Below, one piece after another: positions 24,401 to 36,625 of a stretch of DNA of 64,000 nucleotides. The translations under genes and the position numbers were made by a program. The DNA comes from Camelus dromedarius. Taxonomy: Eukaryota. The notes below the pieces were generated by a model that was given only the letters and a program-made list of their open reading frames with translations, was not told the DNA's origin and did not search any database. The stretch lies in contig NC_087437.1 in NCBI RefSeq assembly GCF_036321535.1, positions 75,890,001 through 75,954,000 of the forward strand, written 5' to 3'. Numbering within the stretch: the first letter of the stretch is position 1; each line of letters begins with the position of its first letter.

Positions 24401-27400
24401 GCAATGCTTATTTTAATGTAATTTCTTTAAGAAGATGAAACAATTCATATTACTCAGAACAGTAAAAATTTTGAAATTGACTATTATGTAGTCCACAGGT
24501 CCATTGCAGTTGACCCAATGTAAGGCCACAATCAAGGCCAGCTGTGCAAAATACTTACATCTATGGACACCTAGGAGGTGTTATGCAGGTATTATAGCAT
24601 AACCCTTATTTTACTATTACTGGGGGAATGACCCTCTTGCCCTGTTGACAAACTCTGTTTTTGCTTCACTGACCTTGAGTCCCAAATCATCATAGTTAGC
24701 CTATTTCTTCTGGAGTAAACAGTATGCTCCAACTTAACTTTATTCCTCAAGAATTCTTTGTGTCTCTGCTTCTTGCGGCTTGTTTTTTTAAATGGTGACG
24801 TATCAGTTAAGTTTTTTAGGTCCAGATTAAAAGAGTAAGCATCCTTGAACACCACCCAACATCACACCACAGAATGAGTCCTGTGAGGACTCTGCTGCTA
24901 CCAACAAGAGGCATAAACTCTGGGGCATAAACTGCTAATAATGCAGACACACAAGTCAGACGCTGCCATTGAAACTCTGACCACTGCAGCTTCTGGAAGC
25001 TGGAGGTCCTGTCGCCTCTGCCTGCAGACTTGCCAGAGTGGATTCTGCAGAGTTCTTCCTTCTCCAAGCCATCGGGTTCCCATTCAGACAAGAGCCAGTG
25101 CATCTGATTAGAAGAGTCCACATCCTGAGCCCCGGCCACAAGGGAGGTGGTGGGTGGAAAGTTTCTATCAACTTCAGCTTCTAGAATGGGAGGTGAGCTC
25201 TGCCTCCCAAGGTAGAAGATTCCAGATGCTGGATTCTTTGCACTTACTTTCGTTCTGCCTGAGTCTCCTGTGTGTAATCTTCAGAATGGCTTTAAAAGAG
25301 TTTTCTTTCATACCTAAGGAAGAAAAGAACACACTGGTGCTCAAATGTCTTAGACAAGTCAGTGTCGGTCAGAACAATCCCATTCAGTTTGGGCTTCTTT
25401 GGGGAAGCTGATTACCATATTAATAATACATTGCATTCCATTTTTGTTTTTGTTAGCAAGACAAGAATATATTGCCTTTATTAATGCTAAACCCATAGAC
25501 TTTATACAGAGTACTTGTCACTATTACCCCACCATTCCTATAAACATTCATCTTGGAAAGATTAAATTCAACTTGACAGATGTTTATTTAGCTCATGATA
25601 AATGCAAGCCCTTGTGCTGGGGACTGGGGAATGACAGATTTGCCTTAAGTTGTCACTGTCATGACTGCTTGTTATTTCAATCCCTCCCTCATAGAAAAAT
25701 TAGGAATTAACTATTCATGATCTACTTTTATGTTTCACTGTCAGTTTTCTATTATTTCCAGTTCTACAGCAGAGCTCCAAAATCTCCACAATACATTTTT
25801 AGAAGTGAATCTTCACTACAGATTCTCTTTTGTTCATATTATGAATATCATTTTGAAATGCAAGCAATAAATATCTGAATGTAAAAAGCAATTGTTAAAG
25901 GTGTTAATTATTCATACAGTAAAGTTACTACTATTATTATTGTGCAAAAGGAAATTCACAAATGTAAGTATGTGTTGGAGAGGATATGCTGTTTACACTT
26001 GCTTTTGTGCTAACATGGCATTTAGTAGCTGTTAACAGCAGAGGAAGCTTATGAGAAAACATTGATCAGAGCTCTGTTTCAATGCTGGAGGCTGTCCCCA
26101 CACCATACTATTTGAACCGGATAAAAAGGTAAAAGTCATGACTCATCTTTGAATTGAATTTTGAATTGACTCTCGTCGTCAGCTATGAAGATGACATTTG
26201 CCAGTTTGTGATCTACTCCTGTTTTCCCCAAATCAACTCTATAAAGGTTCTTCGTGTTATACACTCTAATCCTTTCATTTCTCCATCTGAAATCAAGTCT
26301 TTATCACACTTGATCACAGGGGTGATGAGGTCACACTTTTTACTTTAATTTCCAAACTGACTAGACATTAGCTGGGGAGAAGTTGGCAGTAGCTATGGAA
26401 GAAGTGACAGTTGAGGCCCCAGTCCCTGCAGTCAAACAAGCTTAGATTTCTCCCCACTGGCCACAGAATGTGAGGCAATTACACAACCTCTTAATTCTTA
26501 GCTTTCATCTCTAAGGAGAAACTGGCCATAATACTTTCCACATACAACTGCTGGTGAGAACTGAATGACGTACTGTCTTTAAAAGTCTTTGGTCACAGCA
26601 CCCAGTAATCACAATCTTAGGTATTTACCCAAATGAGATGAGGATATATGCCACCAAAACACCTGCACACAATGACCACTACCAATAGCAATGTGGTTGA
26701 TGGGGTATGAATAGGACACTTAGAGTGTTATGTGCACAGCCAACTCTGAGGGAGGCAGGAGTGACAAGGCCATTGAGGAATTGTCAGGGTCATTTTTTCC
26801 ATTTGTCAGAAGTGCCAGTCTAGGAACTCAGTCCTTATCAGTTCATTGTGAGTTGACAAGGTTACAGGAGACAGAGTTACATTAGTTAACCTCATAAACC
26901 ACTGAAGTATCAAGGCGACAGCACTCACTGGGAGAACTAAAACGCCAGTCCTGGGCTCTGGTCCCGTCCTCACCGTTTCTCCCCCTGGGCAGATCTGCAG
27001 GAAGCCCGTTACAAATCAGCTCCTTGGGTGGGCAGGAGGTCCGTGCAAGGGAGAGGAGTGAGTCCTAAGGAACATGTGGTCCGGGTCACAGGAAAACCCC
27101 AGTCAGTCGTCCCTGTTCTCATAATTCACCAGAGCAGTGTCCTTGTTTATTGACACATGTGGGGTAAACACTGATACAATCTTGTTGGCATCTCTCTTTT
27201 CTGTAGACTCCGTGTTTCCCCTCTTCAGTCTTTCCTTGGATCTGGAGCGTCAGCCTTGACAGGAGCCGCTCTCTTGGTTACAGCCATGCCTTTTCCTTCA
27301 CCTGGAGATGTTGCCTTTATTGAATTTGGTGTTCCCAGGTCACTTCTGCCCCACAGTGAGAGGGAGGATCTAGTCTTTCTTCGGCAGGTAGTTTATGGCA

Positions 27401-27454
27401 TCTGTTTATATATTGCTTTTGCTCGTTTAACAATTAAAGAGCAATTAAAGTTTT

Positions 27455-28035
27455 AGTTACCTATTGCCCCATGGCAAACCACCGTAAGGCCTGGCAGTGT
27501 AAGATAACAACACTCATTTTCCTATTGACTCTCCTGGTTTGGGAGGGTCACTGGGCTCAGTTAGGTGGCTTTCAATCACAGTGTGTCCTGCAGTCACAGC
27601 CAGGTGATGGCTGGTGCGGGAATACTCTGAATGCTCGCTGCTAACACGTCTGGTATGTAGGCTGGGAAAACTCAGACAGCCAGAGTTTGGAACCTCTAGA
27701 GGCTCCTAGTCCTGTTTCTTTATCTCTGTGTGTCTCCACGTGGTCTCTCCAGCAGAACTGCTTAAGGGTAGCCGGACATCTCAGGGTCCAAAGGCTCATG
27801 TGCCAAGTGAGAGAGAGTCAGGCAGAATCTGTTCTACCGTTGATTCCCCAGCCTCAGAAGTCACACAGTGTCATTCCACCAGACTCTGCTAGTCAAGACA
27901 TCACAAAGACACCCCACCACCACCCCAGGTTCAAGGGGAGGAACAAAGATTAGGCTCTCGATGAGAATGCAGCAAGGTTCTGGAGGTGGGACTGGAAATA
28001 TCATCACAGACAGTTTTGGAAAATACAATCTACCG
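27455..28035 (-). mobile_element. MLT1F/G-type MaLR LTR
   Basis: 'ttagttacctattgc', 'ctgggctcagttaggtggct', 'tctccacgtggtctctccagca', 'cagcctcagaagtcacacagtgtcattcc', 'aggttcaaggggaggaac', 'tttggaaaatacaatctacc'. Confidence 0.8.
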
Positions 28036-28542
28036 CAAAAGGTAACCTTCACTTTTAGTTTTTAGAAGATTGAGAGTATTTCATTACATAGCAGCCTGTT
28101 TCCAGGAGTGCTACTTACATGGCCTGTATTTGCTGCCCCTCTGCACAGCCCAGTGAGGTGGGCAAACTAATAGATGATGACATTAAGATGATTTAAAAAT
28201 TGATAAACTTCCTCCAAAATCTAATTCAGAAATATTTGAGGATCTCTGACTCTGACCTAAATAGGCAAATGCTTTTCAAAATGAAATTGGCAATTAAAGG
28301 AGAAGAATATACTATAAACATTTTTTAAAACAACTACTTGAGTTGGTTTCAGATGTGTGTCAGGAAGTGAATAGTTTAATGTTTCTGTGTGGTTAGGGGC
28401 TTCCTGGCAAATTTACTGGGGACTGGTTACAAAATAGGCCACAGCAGTTAAACAATACCTGGATGGAGAACAAGAGATGTATCTTATTGAATTTTGAATT
28501 GACTATCATTGTCATCTATGAAGATGACATTTGCCAGTTTGG

Positions 28543-28568
28543 GAATAATAATAATAATAATAATAATA
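28543..28568. repeat. (AAT)n microsatellite at the junction of two locally duplicated segments
   Basis: gaataataataataataataataata. Confidence 0.9.
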
Positions 28569-28644
28569 GTAAGTGGCCAGAGTGGGAAGGTTTTATCCCT
28601 TTTAGACAAAGAAACAATGAAAATAAGTAAAAACAAAGAACTGA

Positions 28645-28980
28645 GGCATGTGTTTACATGCAACGGGGGTTGAGACCCAAGCCTTGGAGACTTTCCAGAG
28701 GCTGTAACTCAGAGATGACGTCCTCCTCATCCACCAGAGACATTTATTTATATTTTAAAAAGTAGCAACCCAGGATCCTTCTTCTCTTCCCAAGGGGACT
28801 TTGCTTTCATTAGGGAGATGAAGTTTCTTTTCTGCCCTCAGGAGGGGAGATTTAACGCAAGTTCCCAGGTTCATGATCCTGCCCTCATCACAACTCTCTA
28901 AGGAGAAGAACTGGGACAAAAGGGCGTCAATGAGATCATCACTGTGAGCTGGTAATTGTAATCTGTTTTGGCCCCAGAAA
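28645..28980. mobile_element. Possible ERV1 (MER4-group) LTR fragment
   Basis: 'cagagacatttatttata', 'caggaggggagat', 'ttcccaggttcatgat' resemble MER4-group LTR internals. No clear termini. Confidence 0.3.
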
Positions 28981-29164
28981 TCTCTTATCTATATGAATAT
29001 AGACAATAAAAAACTACCAATGTTAAAACAGCACAAAACATACTTAAATATATGTATTTAGGTAATTATTTCTTAATTCTCTTTTTCTGGTTAATATACT
29101 TACTATTGCATTAGTTTTGGTCACAGAAGAAGTTAGAATTCACTGGGATTTTTTTTAGGTGAAC

Positions 29165-29702
29165 TGTCGGAGAGGAAAAATTGTCTTTTACCCTCTTTGG
29201 GCCTAAGAATTAAATTGAGATAAGACATATTTATAGGAGAAAAGCACACATTTCATTGCATTTTTCCATGTACGTGGGAGCTTTCACGAGAGAACAAAGA
29301 CCTGAAGAAGTGGCCAGAGTGGGAAGCTTTTATCCCTTTTAGACAAAGAAACAATGAAAATAAGTAAAAACAAAGAATTGACCAGACCGTGGGCTTTGGG
29401 CTGGGGTCGTAAGTGGTGAAGAAATGACTAGGAAATAAGGATTGGTTTGACACGGTTTATTTGTACAAATTTACTGGCCCCAAATGTCCTGTCTCTGGTG
29501 ACAGGGATGTCTTCCTCCCTCTCGGTACAGGGAGGGCACCTTTCACATGAAAGCTTTGTCTGCTGCTTTCATGGAAGAAGGAATGATGGGGGCAGGTCAG
29601 AGTGACCTTCCTGCACCTGCTGTTTCCTCAAACTTCTTCAACTTAAGATATTCAATATGCCAAGGTGGCATATTTTGGGGAAGTGTGTCCTGGGTCTTAT
29701 CA
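29165..29702 (-). mobile_element. ERV1 solo LTR, MER34-like group
   Basis: TG...CA termini, 'ctaagaattaaattgagataagaca', 'aatatgccaaggtggcatattttgggg'. Clearly similar to the 10828 LTR. No clean TSD. Confidence 0.85.
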
Positions 29703-29924
29703 CTCTGGAAGTCTTAGCCCATGGGTCCATGACTATGGGTCCCAAAGTCCTCCCATGGGACAAAGAAGCCCTAATTCCCAGGGAAGACAGGTACAGCGTC
29801 ACTAGGGACCACGGGCACGTCTCTCGTGTCAATATAGTATGAGATTAAAAGCGTGATGGAGGCACAAACTTTGTTTTTATCTCTTCCACGGAGTCTTTTC
29901 AGTAAGTATTGTTGAATTGAATTC

Positions 29925-30951
29925 TGATGAAGAGGAAAAAAAGTTTGCAGTTGGGCTGCACTCTGTGCTTGCGCAGCCCCAAGACCGAAGAAAGAGCCCA
30001 GGGTCAGCTGTAGAGACATCAGGGGTTTAACGGATGGGGGATTGTCCACGTCTGAAGCAAGGTCCTGGAGTGACATCCCACTGTGCACAGCAGACAGCAG
30101 GCAGGACGTGGCGGCAGTCTTCCCTGGGGGTGGGGGGTTACCAGTGACAGGGGGAATTGACTTCAGGATGGCTCATTGGTTACCAGGGAAACCAGCAGGG
30201 GTGCACACCCCTCACTGCCCATTTGATAAGCTATCAAAGTGGAGATGTTCTGGTATTTAGATCAAAACAACCACTTGCTGGGGCAGGAGTCAAGTCTGTA
30301 GGCATTTACTGATTAGGCTGTATGATTAAGAAGGAGGGTCGGTCATGAGGTGAGGCAGGGGCTGGTCAAGCAGGGGATGTGCAGAGCGCAGGAGAACCGC
30401 CATCTTGAGTGGCCTGATCATACATCCATCCTTCTAGATTCTTCTGGCTGGTCTAAGAATTAAATTGACATGAGACAGATTAACAGGAGAAAATGAAATT
30501 TAATTTTACATATGTATGGCTCTGTAAGAATAGGAGGCCCAAGGACAAGTTAAGCTATTATGGTTTATATGTCATCTGAGAAAAGGGAAAGGAGGTAGGG
30601 TTTGGGGCATCAAAGGGAAGGAAGGCCGTTCACAAAGAAGATGAAAAAAATCAAATGTTTGGTAAACAAATGTTTGCTGGGCCATAGAGAAACAATGGGA
30701 CACAGGAATTTTAACATACAGACTTTGCCAAGTTCCTCCCTGTCCACCACTGCCAATTCATATTAGACTCTATAGTTATCTGGGATGATAGCTGCCTTCC
30801 TGGAAAAGGTCATTGATCTAAATTCTTTTAGGCAGTTAGGGACAAGGACAAAGGGTCTTTCTGAGTTTTTTGAGCCTCGATTGTTTTTAGCTCAAAATAA
30901 TCCCCAGCCCAAAGAGACATGTTTTGGAGTGGCAAGTTTTGCTCCCCTATA
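29925..30951 (-). mobile_element. ERV1 solo LTR, MER34-like group (host of a nested LTR)
   Basis: Left stub 'tgatgaagaggaaaaaaagtt' continues at 30425 as 'tccatccttctagattcttctggctggtctaagaattaaattgacatgagacagattaacaggagaaaa'. Ends 'gctcaaaataatcc...ttttggagtggcaagttttgctcccctata'. TSD attc (29921-29924 / 30952-30955). Confidence 0.8.
29946..30424 (-). mobile_element. ERV1 solo LTR nested in the previous LTR
   Basis: TG...CA termini ('tgcagttggg...gccatcttgagtggcctgatcataca'). Sequence is unrelated to the host LTR, which resumes directly afterwards. Confidence 0.75.
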
Positions 30952-32315
30952 ATTCCATTCATCCTCAAAGGTCCAATTTAAAGTCAGTGAAACTCCCCAG
31001 TCTGCTTAATTCAATATGCCTCTTATCATTTATGGGAACTACTTGTACTAGAGACCACAGCTCAGACATGGAGTGTTTTACCACATGGACGTCAGTGGGT
31101 TAAAGCCCATCGTCTGCCCCTCGCCCCGTTTCAGGCCTATCTCTGAGGCATGGGCAGAGCACCAGGAGACTGAAAATCTCTACATGGGTTTGCTGAAGTT
31201 TCTTTACACTTTGAAACTAAGCCACTGAGCATTTGTCAGGCCCACTCTTACTGGGTTTTCACACAAGGTTGTGGATCTGAGCTGCAGACATTTGGTGACC
31301 AGTCAGAGTTAACCCATTTCTCCTGGAGTCTAGGATAACTATTAGCAGGGGCATAGCGACAACCACTGCTTGGTAAGTCCCAACACAGAGCCTGCACGAG
31401 ATGCTCAGTGAGTTCCCCTGATTCATACACATTGCAGAGGAAACCCTAGGAGTAAGTGAAAATTTGTTGATTCTACACTAAAATGTAAGACGCCCTCCAG
31501 AAAATGACACAGACGTGCAGTCAGGGAAGCCTGTTAAGTAGCAATTCTCAGAGAACAGTGCTGGCACCAGAATAAATTACCTCGCCACTTAGCAATGCTT
31601 TTCTCTTCCCTCCTAACTCACCCTTCTCACCTGCTGAGGACCAGGGGTGCCCAGACTGGATGATGTAACGTGGCCACCTAGACTGAAGAAGCAGAGTCTC
31701 ATCACAGAGAGCGGAGTGCCCTGGTGAACTCGCACAGCCAACAGTAACTGCACTTTAATTGGTCTCCGTTGTCTACCTTCACAATTGCTTTTGATTAGGC
31801 TATGTTTACAGCAAGAGGAGGGTCTAAGCAACCCCACCAAAGAAGACATATTGTTCACAAGTGTCTGAAAAATTAAATATACCCTCAGAATTATTCACAA
31901 CCTGATATCCAGCAAAGCTAATTGTTCCCAGAATGGTAATCAGCAGCCATAATATAAAGACAGGAAAGGAAACATCCACATTATAGCTTTGTTTCAGTGA
32001 CACAGGAATTTTCTCACAGGTGCCATTTATATACATTCTCATTTAGCGGTAGTTTAAGACTCATTAAATATTTAAGAAGAAAATGAAAAAGGAAGGAACA
32101 GAAGACTGTTTTCTGGGGTTTTTGTTTGTTTGTTTGTTTTCCAGGGCAAAGTGACAGACTGTGTCCCTCTTAGGAGCCAAACTTGGGGAGAAATCACTCT
32201 TAGTTCCTTTACTTGTTTATTAATCTATTCAAAACACGTTTGTTGAACTCTCATACACTGCTACTGGGAGTGAAAATTGGTAACACCACTTTGAAAAACT
32301 GGTCACAGTTTTCTC

Positions 32316-32659
32316 TATTCTAAAAAATTATAAACCGAAACCTCAATTAAATAGAGTCAAGACCCCAGAAGGAGGAGCTCTCACGCCCTGTGACGACAGT
32401 GGAGCCCAACAGGAAGAAGAAAGACTCCTCTCCCCTTTCCTGGCAAGGACTCAGCCAGTGAAGAGCCGTGGACCTGGTTTGCTGCAGCCCTCCCAACTTC
32501 CCCTCCCCTTCTATAAAAGCATTCTCCTTCCCTGGGATGGGGAGACTAGCATGTGGCTCACCATGGTTGCAGATCCCGAGTTGCAAATTCTTTGGTGATC
32601 CTGAATAAATCCTTCTTTGCAGGAGGGATATCTGGCAGTCCATTTGTTTCAGGTCAACA
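32316..32659 (+). mobile_element. Short ERV1 solo LTR
   Basis: TATA 'ctataaaag' at about 32511, polyA signal in 'tgaataaat' at about 32602, 3' end 'tttgtttcaggtcaaca'. Interrupts the L1. Confidence 0.8.
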
Positions 32660-32916
32660 TCAAGAAAGATGAATATATGAAAAACCTATGATCCATCAAT
32701 TTTTCTCTTAGAAAAGCAAACACATGTGCACCAAGAAACATGTATGGGAATGTTCATAGTAGCACTATACATCATGACCCCAAACTGAAGATTTCAATGC
32801 CCAATTAGAGTGGACCAAATAAATAAATTATGGTATACTTACACAGTGGAATACTGCCAAGCTAGGAAAACAAACCAACTGGAGCTTTACACACAAAAGT
32901 TCTTGGAAGAATGTTC

Positions 32917-33447
32917 TGTAGGGAAGGAAAAGGAATTTTCCCTCTACCCTTCTGAGACACCTTGTAATTAAAGACAAGTTCACAACAGGAAAAAAAAAGT
33001 TTATTAATATATATACCCCATATATACATGGGAGATACCTTGGAAAAATGAATAACTCTCCAAGGTGGCGCAAGCTGCTACCTTCAATACTATCTTCAGC
33101 TAAAGAAAAAAGAAAAATGTTGCATGATGGAGGAGAGGCCAGTTATGGGGAATTACCAGGAAAAGCCTGGTAAGTAAGGGATACAATTTATTATGTAGAT
33201 TTTTCTGTGCCTTCTCCATTGATAAGAGTTTCTTGTGACTTAGAATCATCCTTCTCTTCCTCAAACAGAGAAGGAGATACTCTTACAAATGGAGATTTCC
33301 CTTATAAAGGTAAATTTCCCCCACAAAACGACAAGTTCTACTAGATTTTCAGAGCTTCTCCAGTGTCTGCTGTTTCTTAATAATCAGCTCCAGATAATCC
33401 ATATGCCAAAGAAGCATATTTTGGGGCAGCATATTCTGCTCCCTTCA
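32917..33447 (-). mobile_element. ERV1 solo LTR, MER34A-like
   Basis: 'tgtagggaaggaaaaggaattttccctctacccttctgag...atatgccaaagaagcatattttggggcagcatattctgctcccttca'. Near-TSD gttc/cttc. Confidence 0.9.
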
Positions 33448-33676
33448 CTTCCAAACATAATGTTTCATGAAAGAAGCAAACACAAAAGAATGCAACTATA
33501 TTATTTCATTTATATAAAGTTCAAAAATGGCAAAAAATAACGTGTGGTGTTAGATGTCAGAATAGTTGTTGGCTTTGAGGGAGGGGAAGCAGTTGGAGCA
33601 GTGCACGGGGACTTCTGGGTCCCGGAAGTGTTCTATTCTTTGATCTGGTTGCTGGGTACATGGCTGTGTTCACTAC

Positions 33677-34316
33677 TGATACAGAAAAGTGGGGCACGAG
33701 AGGATGGCCACATCCCAGGTCCTGGGCGAGTCCCTGGGACATGCCCTGTCAAGTGAGGGTCCTTGGCTTGGTACAGGAAAGAATCCAAAAGCAAGCCATA
33801 GTTGACTGAAAGCAGATTTATTCAGAGAGATGGACACTCCATAGAGAGGGTGTAGGCTGTCTCCGAAGGTGAGAGAGAACAGGCTTAGGAGACACACATT
33901 CCACAGACAGATTGTAGGCCATCTCAAAAGGCAAGAGGCAACCCCAGAGCACAGGGTCATCTAAGAGAATGAGATCGGCCACGAGGTGTGGTGGTGGTTA
34001 GTTTTTATGGGCTTCGTAATTTCATAAGCTAACAAGAGGGAAGATTATTCCAACTACTTTGGGGGAAAGGACAGGGGTTCCCAGGAACTGGGCCACCACC
34101 CTCTTTCTGGCCCTTGACGGCCAGCCTAGGAGCTGCCGTGGCACCTGCTGCGATGCTACTTTGTATGCTAATATACTACAATGAGCATATAATGAAGCTC
34201 AAAGTCTACTGGGAGTCAAATCTTCTGCCATCTTGGTCCTAACCAGTTTTTGTCCTGTCCTCAATCGTGTGTCATTCTTTTAATGGCTGTGCCCTTGCCC
34301 CTTCCCATCTGTCTTA
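33677..34316 (-). mobile_element. ERV1 solo LTR (different family)
   Basis: 'tgatacagaaaagtgggg...gagggtccttggcttggtacaggaaagaatcc...gatttattcagagaga...gccatcttgg...ccccttcccatctgtctta'. Near-TSD ctac/ctat. Confidence 0.8.
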
Positions 34317-34419
34317 CTATCAGAAAATTAACCGAGCTGTAAATGTATAGTTTCTTTAATTTCCTGCATTGTGAAATGCTTTAAAAAAAAAAGGGAGAGA
34401 GATTACATTAAAAAAATTG

Positions 34420-34700
34420 TTATGTGCTGTGTGTCAGGTACAGAGTAACAGAAAAGAGTATGGTCCCAAGATAGTTTTTGACCTCTAGGAGCTCACAGAC
34501 TTAAGACTTAAGAAACAAGCAAGGAGACAGTCCTGAATAATACTGAGTGACTGAGAAAGCATGAATGCTCCAGGGCAGGGGCCTTGCAGTCAGCGATGGG
34601 AGTGGGGAAAGGAATCGGGAGAGCTTCCTATGGGAGGCGAAGCCCGTGCGACACTGAAATGATAACTAGGAATCAGCCAGTAAGTTAAAGAATGTCAGAG
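34420..34700 (-). mobile_element. L2 3' fragment (other part at about 32215-32245)
   Basis: 'tgtgtgtcaggtac...tttgacctctaggagctcacagac', 'gggagagcttcctatgggagg'. Upstream 'ttattaatctattcaaaacacgtttgttga'. Confidence 0.55.
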
Positions 34701-35157
34701 AGCTGGCAGAGGGAGGGGAAGCAGGCAACGCCCCCCGCCCCCGAGCCCCACACTAAAGCAAGTGTACAAATGAGCCTATTTTGTCTCAAAAGAGAAGCAA
34801 AAGTCCTTGTAAGACCTCTGATTCACCTCAGTTAATAGTGAAAGAAAGCTCAGTAGTTTCTGCCTGAGAATTGAGACCACATAGATCAACACGACTTACT
34901 TGCTTGTTCCAGGAAATTCTTCTGCCCAGGAACATAAGACAGTCACTGGTCACAAAACGGGGCCTCCCAACAGTCTTGAGCACTTTGTTTCTCGTCAATC
35001 TATTTTGAAAGGTGCAATAAGGTGAGAGCCGCAAACAAGGAGATTTTTGTTTGCAGTAGACACTAAAAAAAGGACCGGGAACTTCCTATTTTCAAAGATT
35101 TAAAGGAGCGTTCATCTGTCAAAGGTTTACTCAGTTTGAATGTTTGACATATGAGCC

Positions 35158-35689
35158 TACAGGGGAAGAAAAATAATTTTCTCTCTACCCTTCTGAGTTC
35201 TTGGCTGAGACCCCTTGTAATAATAAATGAATTAACCAAAGAGGGGGAAAAAAGAAAATTATTAAACATATATATTTCATATATATGTGAGAGACACCCA
35301 GGAAAAAAGAGATCCTTTCTGAGATGGTGCAAGCTGCTACCTCATATACCATCTTCAGATAAAGACAGAAGAAAAATATTGGGGAGGGAGGTGCAGAGAG
35401 GCCAGTTATAAGAAATTACCAGGAAAAGCATGGTAAAAAAAAGGATACGGTTTGTTATGTGGCTTTAAGCCTGTGCCTCCTCCAGTGATAACAGTTTCTT
35501 GTGATTTGTAGTCATCCTTCTCGTCCTGGTAACAAAGAGGGAAACACCCTTACAAATGGAGATTTCCGTAATAAATATAACAAAAGGGTAACTTGTCTAT
35601 TTTTAGAGCTTCTCTGTGTCTGTTATTTCTCAAAATAATCCCTATGCGAAAGAGGCACGTTCTGGGATGGCGTATTCTGCAGCCCTTCA
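35158..35689 (-). mobile_element. ERV1 solo LTR, MER34A-like
   Basis: Closely similar to 32917-33447 ('ataattttctctctacccttctgagttcttggctgagacccc', 'caagctgctacct', 'cttacaaatggagatttcc'). Perfect TSD agcc (35154-35157 / 35690-35693). Confidence 0.9.
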
Positions 35690-35744
35690 AGCCTGTATGG
35701 GATATGACACCACGTATAAAAGTCCCTCTCCTTTCCCTACCATC

Positions 35745-36625
35745 AAAGTAACCCGATTAGGCCCAAGATGGAGTCACGGATGCTTAAGCCCCACATCAGC
35801 AAACCAGAACTCAACTGTCCATGCTCAGGCCTCCTCGAAAAGGAAGGTTGAAGTCAACTAACCAGAACTTGCCTCTCAGCACAAGTTACCTGACCCAACC
35901 CCAAGACTCCCTTTATAATTTTGGTTGGGGCTGCAAATTATACTCAGAGACTGAGATTGTCCTTGCCAATATTTTACTTAACACATATCCACTGTGGGGA
36001 TTATAATAATTTCACAAAGCAATAGCATACAGGGTAATGTCTCTTAGTCAGCCAATAAAGAACTAACATACTCCAAACCAAGAAGGAGAGCTATTTACAT
36101 CAGCAAAGAGTAGGATTGCCCAGACCCAACACTCTTGAGTTGCAGGTCAAATACATTGGTATTTAAAGCTTAAATGTCCCCTAGCCATAGTCTCTCCTCA
36201 ACATGTTTTTCTTGATAAGCCCCAGCAGTACTCATCAATAGCTGATGGACAGCCACCTGCTGATTGACAACCACGGATGTCAATGACTACTTCCTGATGC
36301 AACTTCCTCAATGTAAACTACTTCACTCTTAGGACAAAGCAACTTCATTCTCAGATCAAAAAAATAACTGGATTTGAAATCATATCAAACCAATACACAA
36401 CACATTTGTTTGTTCCACACAAGTTACTCTGGTTCATCTAATCAGCAAATGTCCAGTATTACTTCCTTGTTCCTGATCACATTGATCTACAAAAATCTCT
36501 GACCTGGTATAGCATTTCTGAGTTCCTCTCCACCTGCTAGGTTAGATGCTGCCTGATTCATGAATCACTGAATAAAAGCCTACTAGATCATTAAATTTTC
36601 TGTGGAAAAGTCATACTTTTAGCAG
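35745..36625 (+). mobile_element. MER4-group ERV1 LTR fragments
   Basis: 5'-type 'aggcccaagatggagtcacggatgcttaagccccac' and 3'-type 'gatgctgcctgattcatgaatcactgaataaaagcc..ctagatc.ttaaa...cttttagca'. Confidence 0.55.

Larger units (their letters stand above)
32245..34392 (+). mobile_element. L1ME-type 3' end split into four pieces by three LTR insertions
   Basis: Collinear L1 3' motifs: 'gaactctcatacactgct...ccactttgaaaaactg' | 'cctatgatccatcaatt...catgtgcaccaagaaacatgta..gaatgttcatag' | 'aaacataatg...gaaagaagc...ttctattctttgatctgg' | 'gaaaattaaccgagctgta' plus A-tail. Confidence 0.8.

Noticed and set aside
32917..35689. Provirus bounded by two similar co-oriented LTRs
   Set aside because: Each LTR has its own TSD or near-TSD, and the interior is L1/L2/other LTR with no gag-pol remnants
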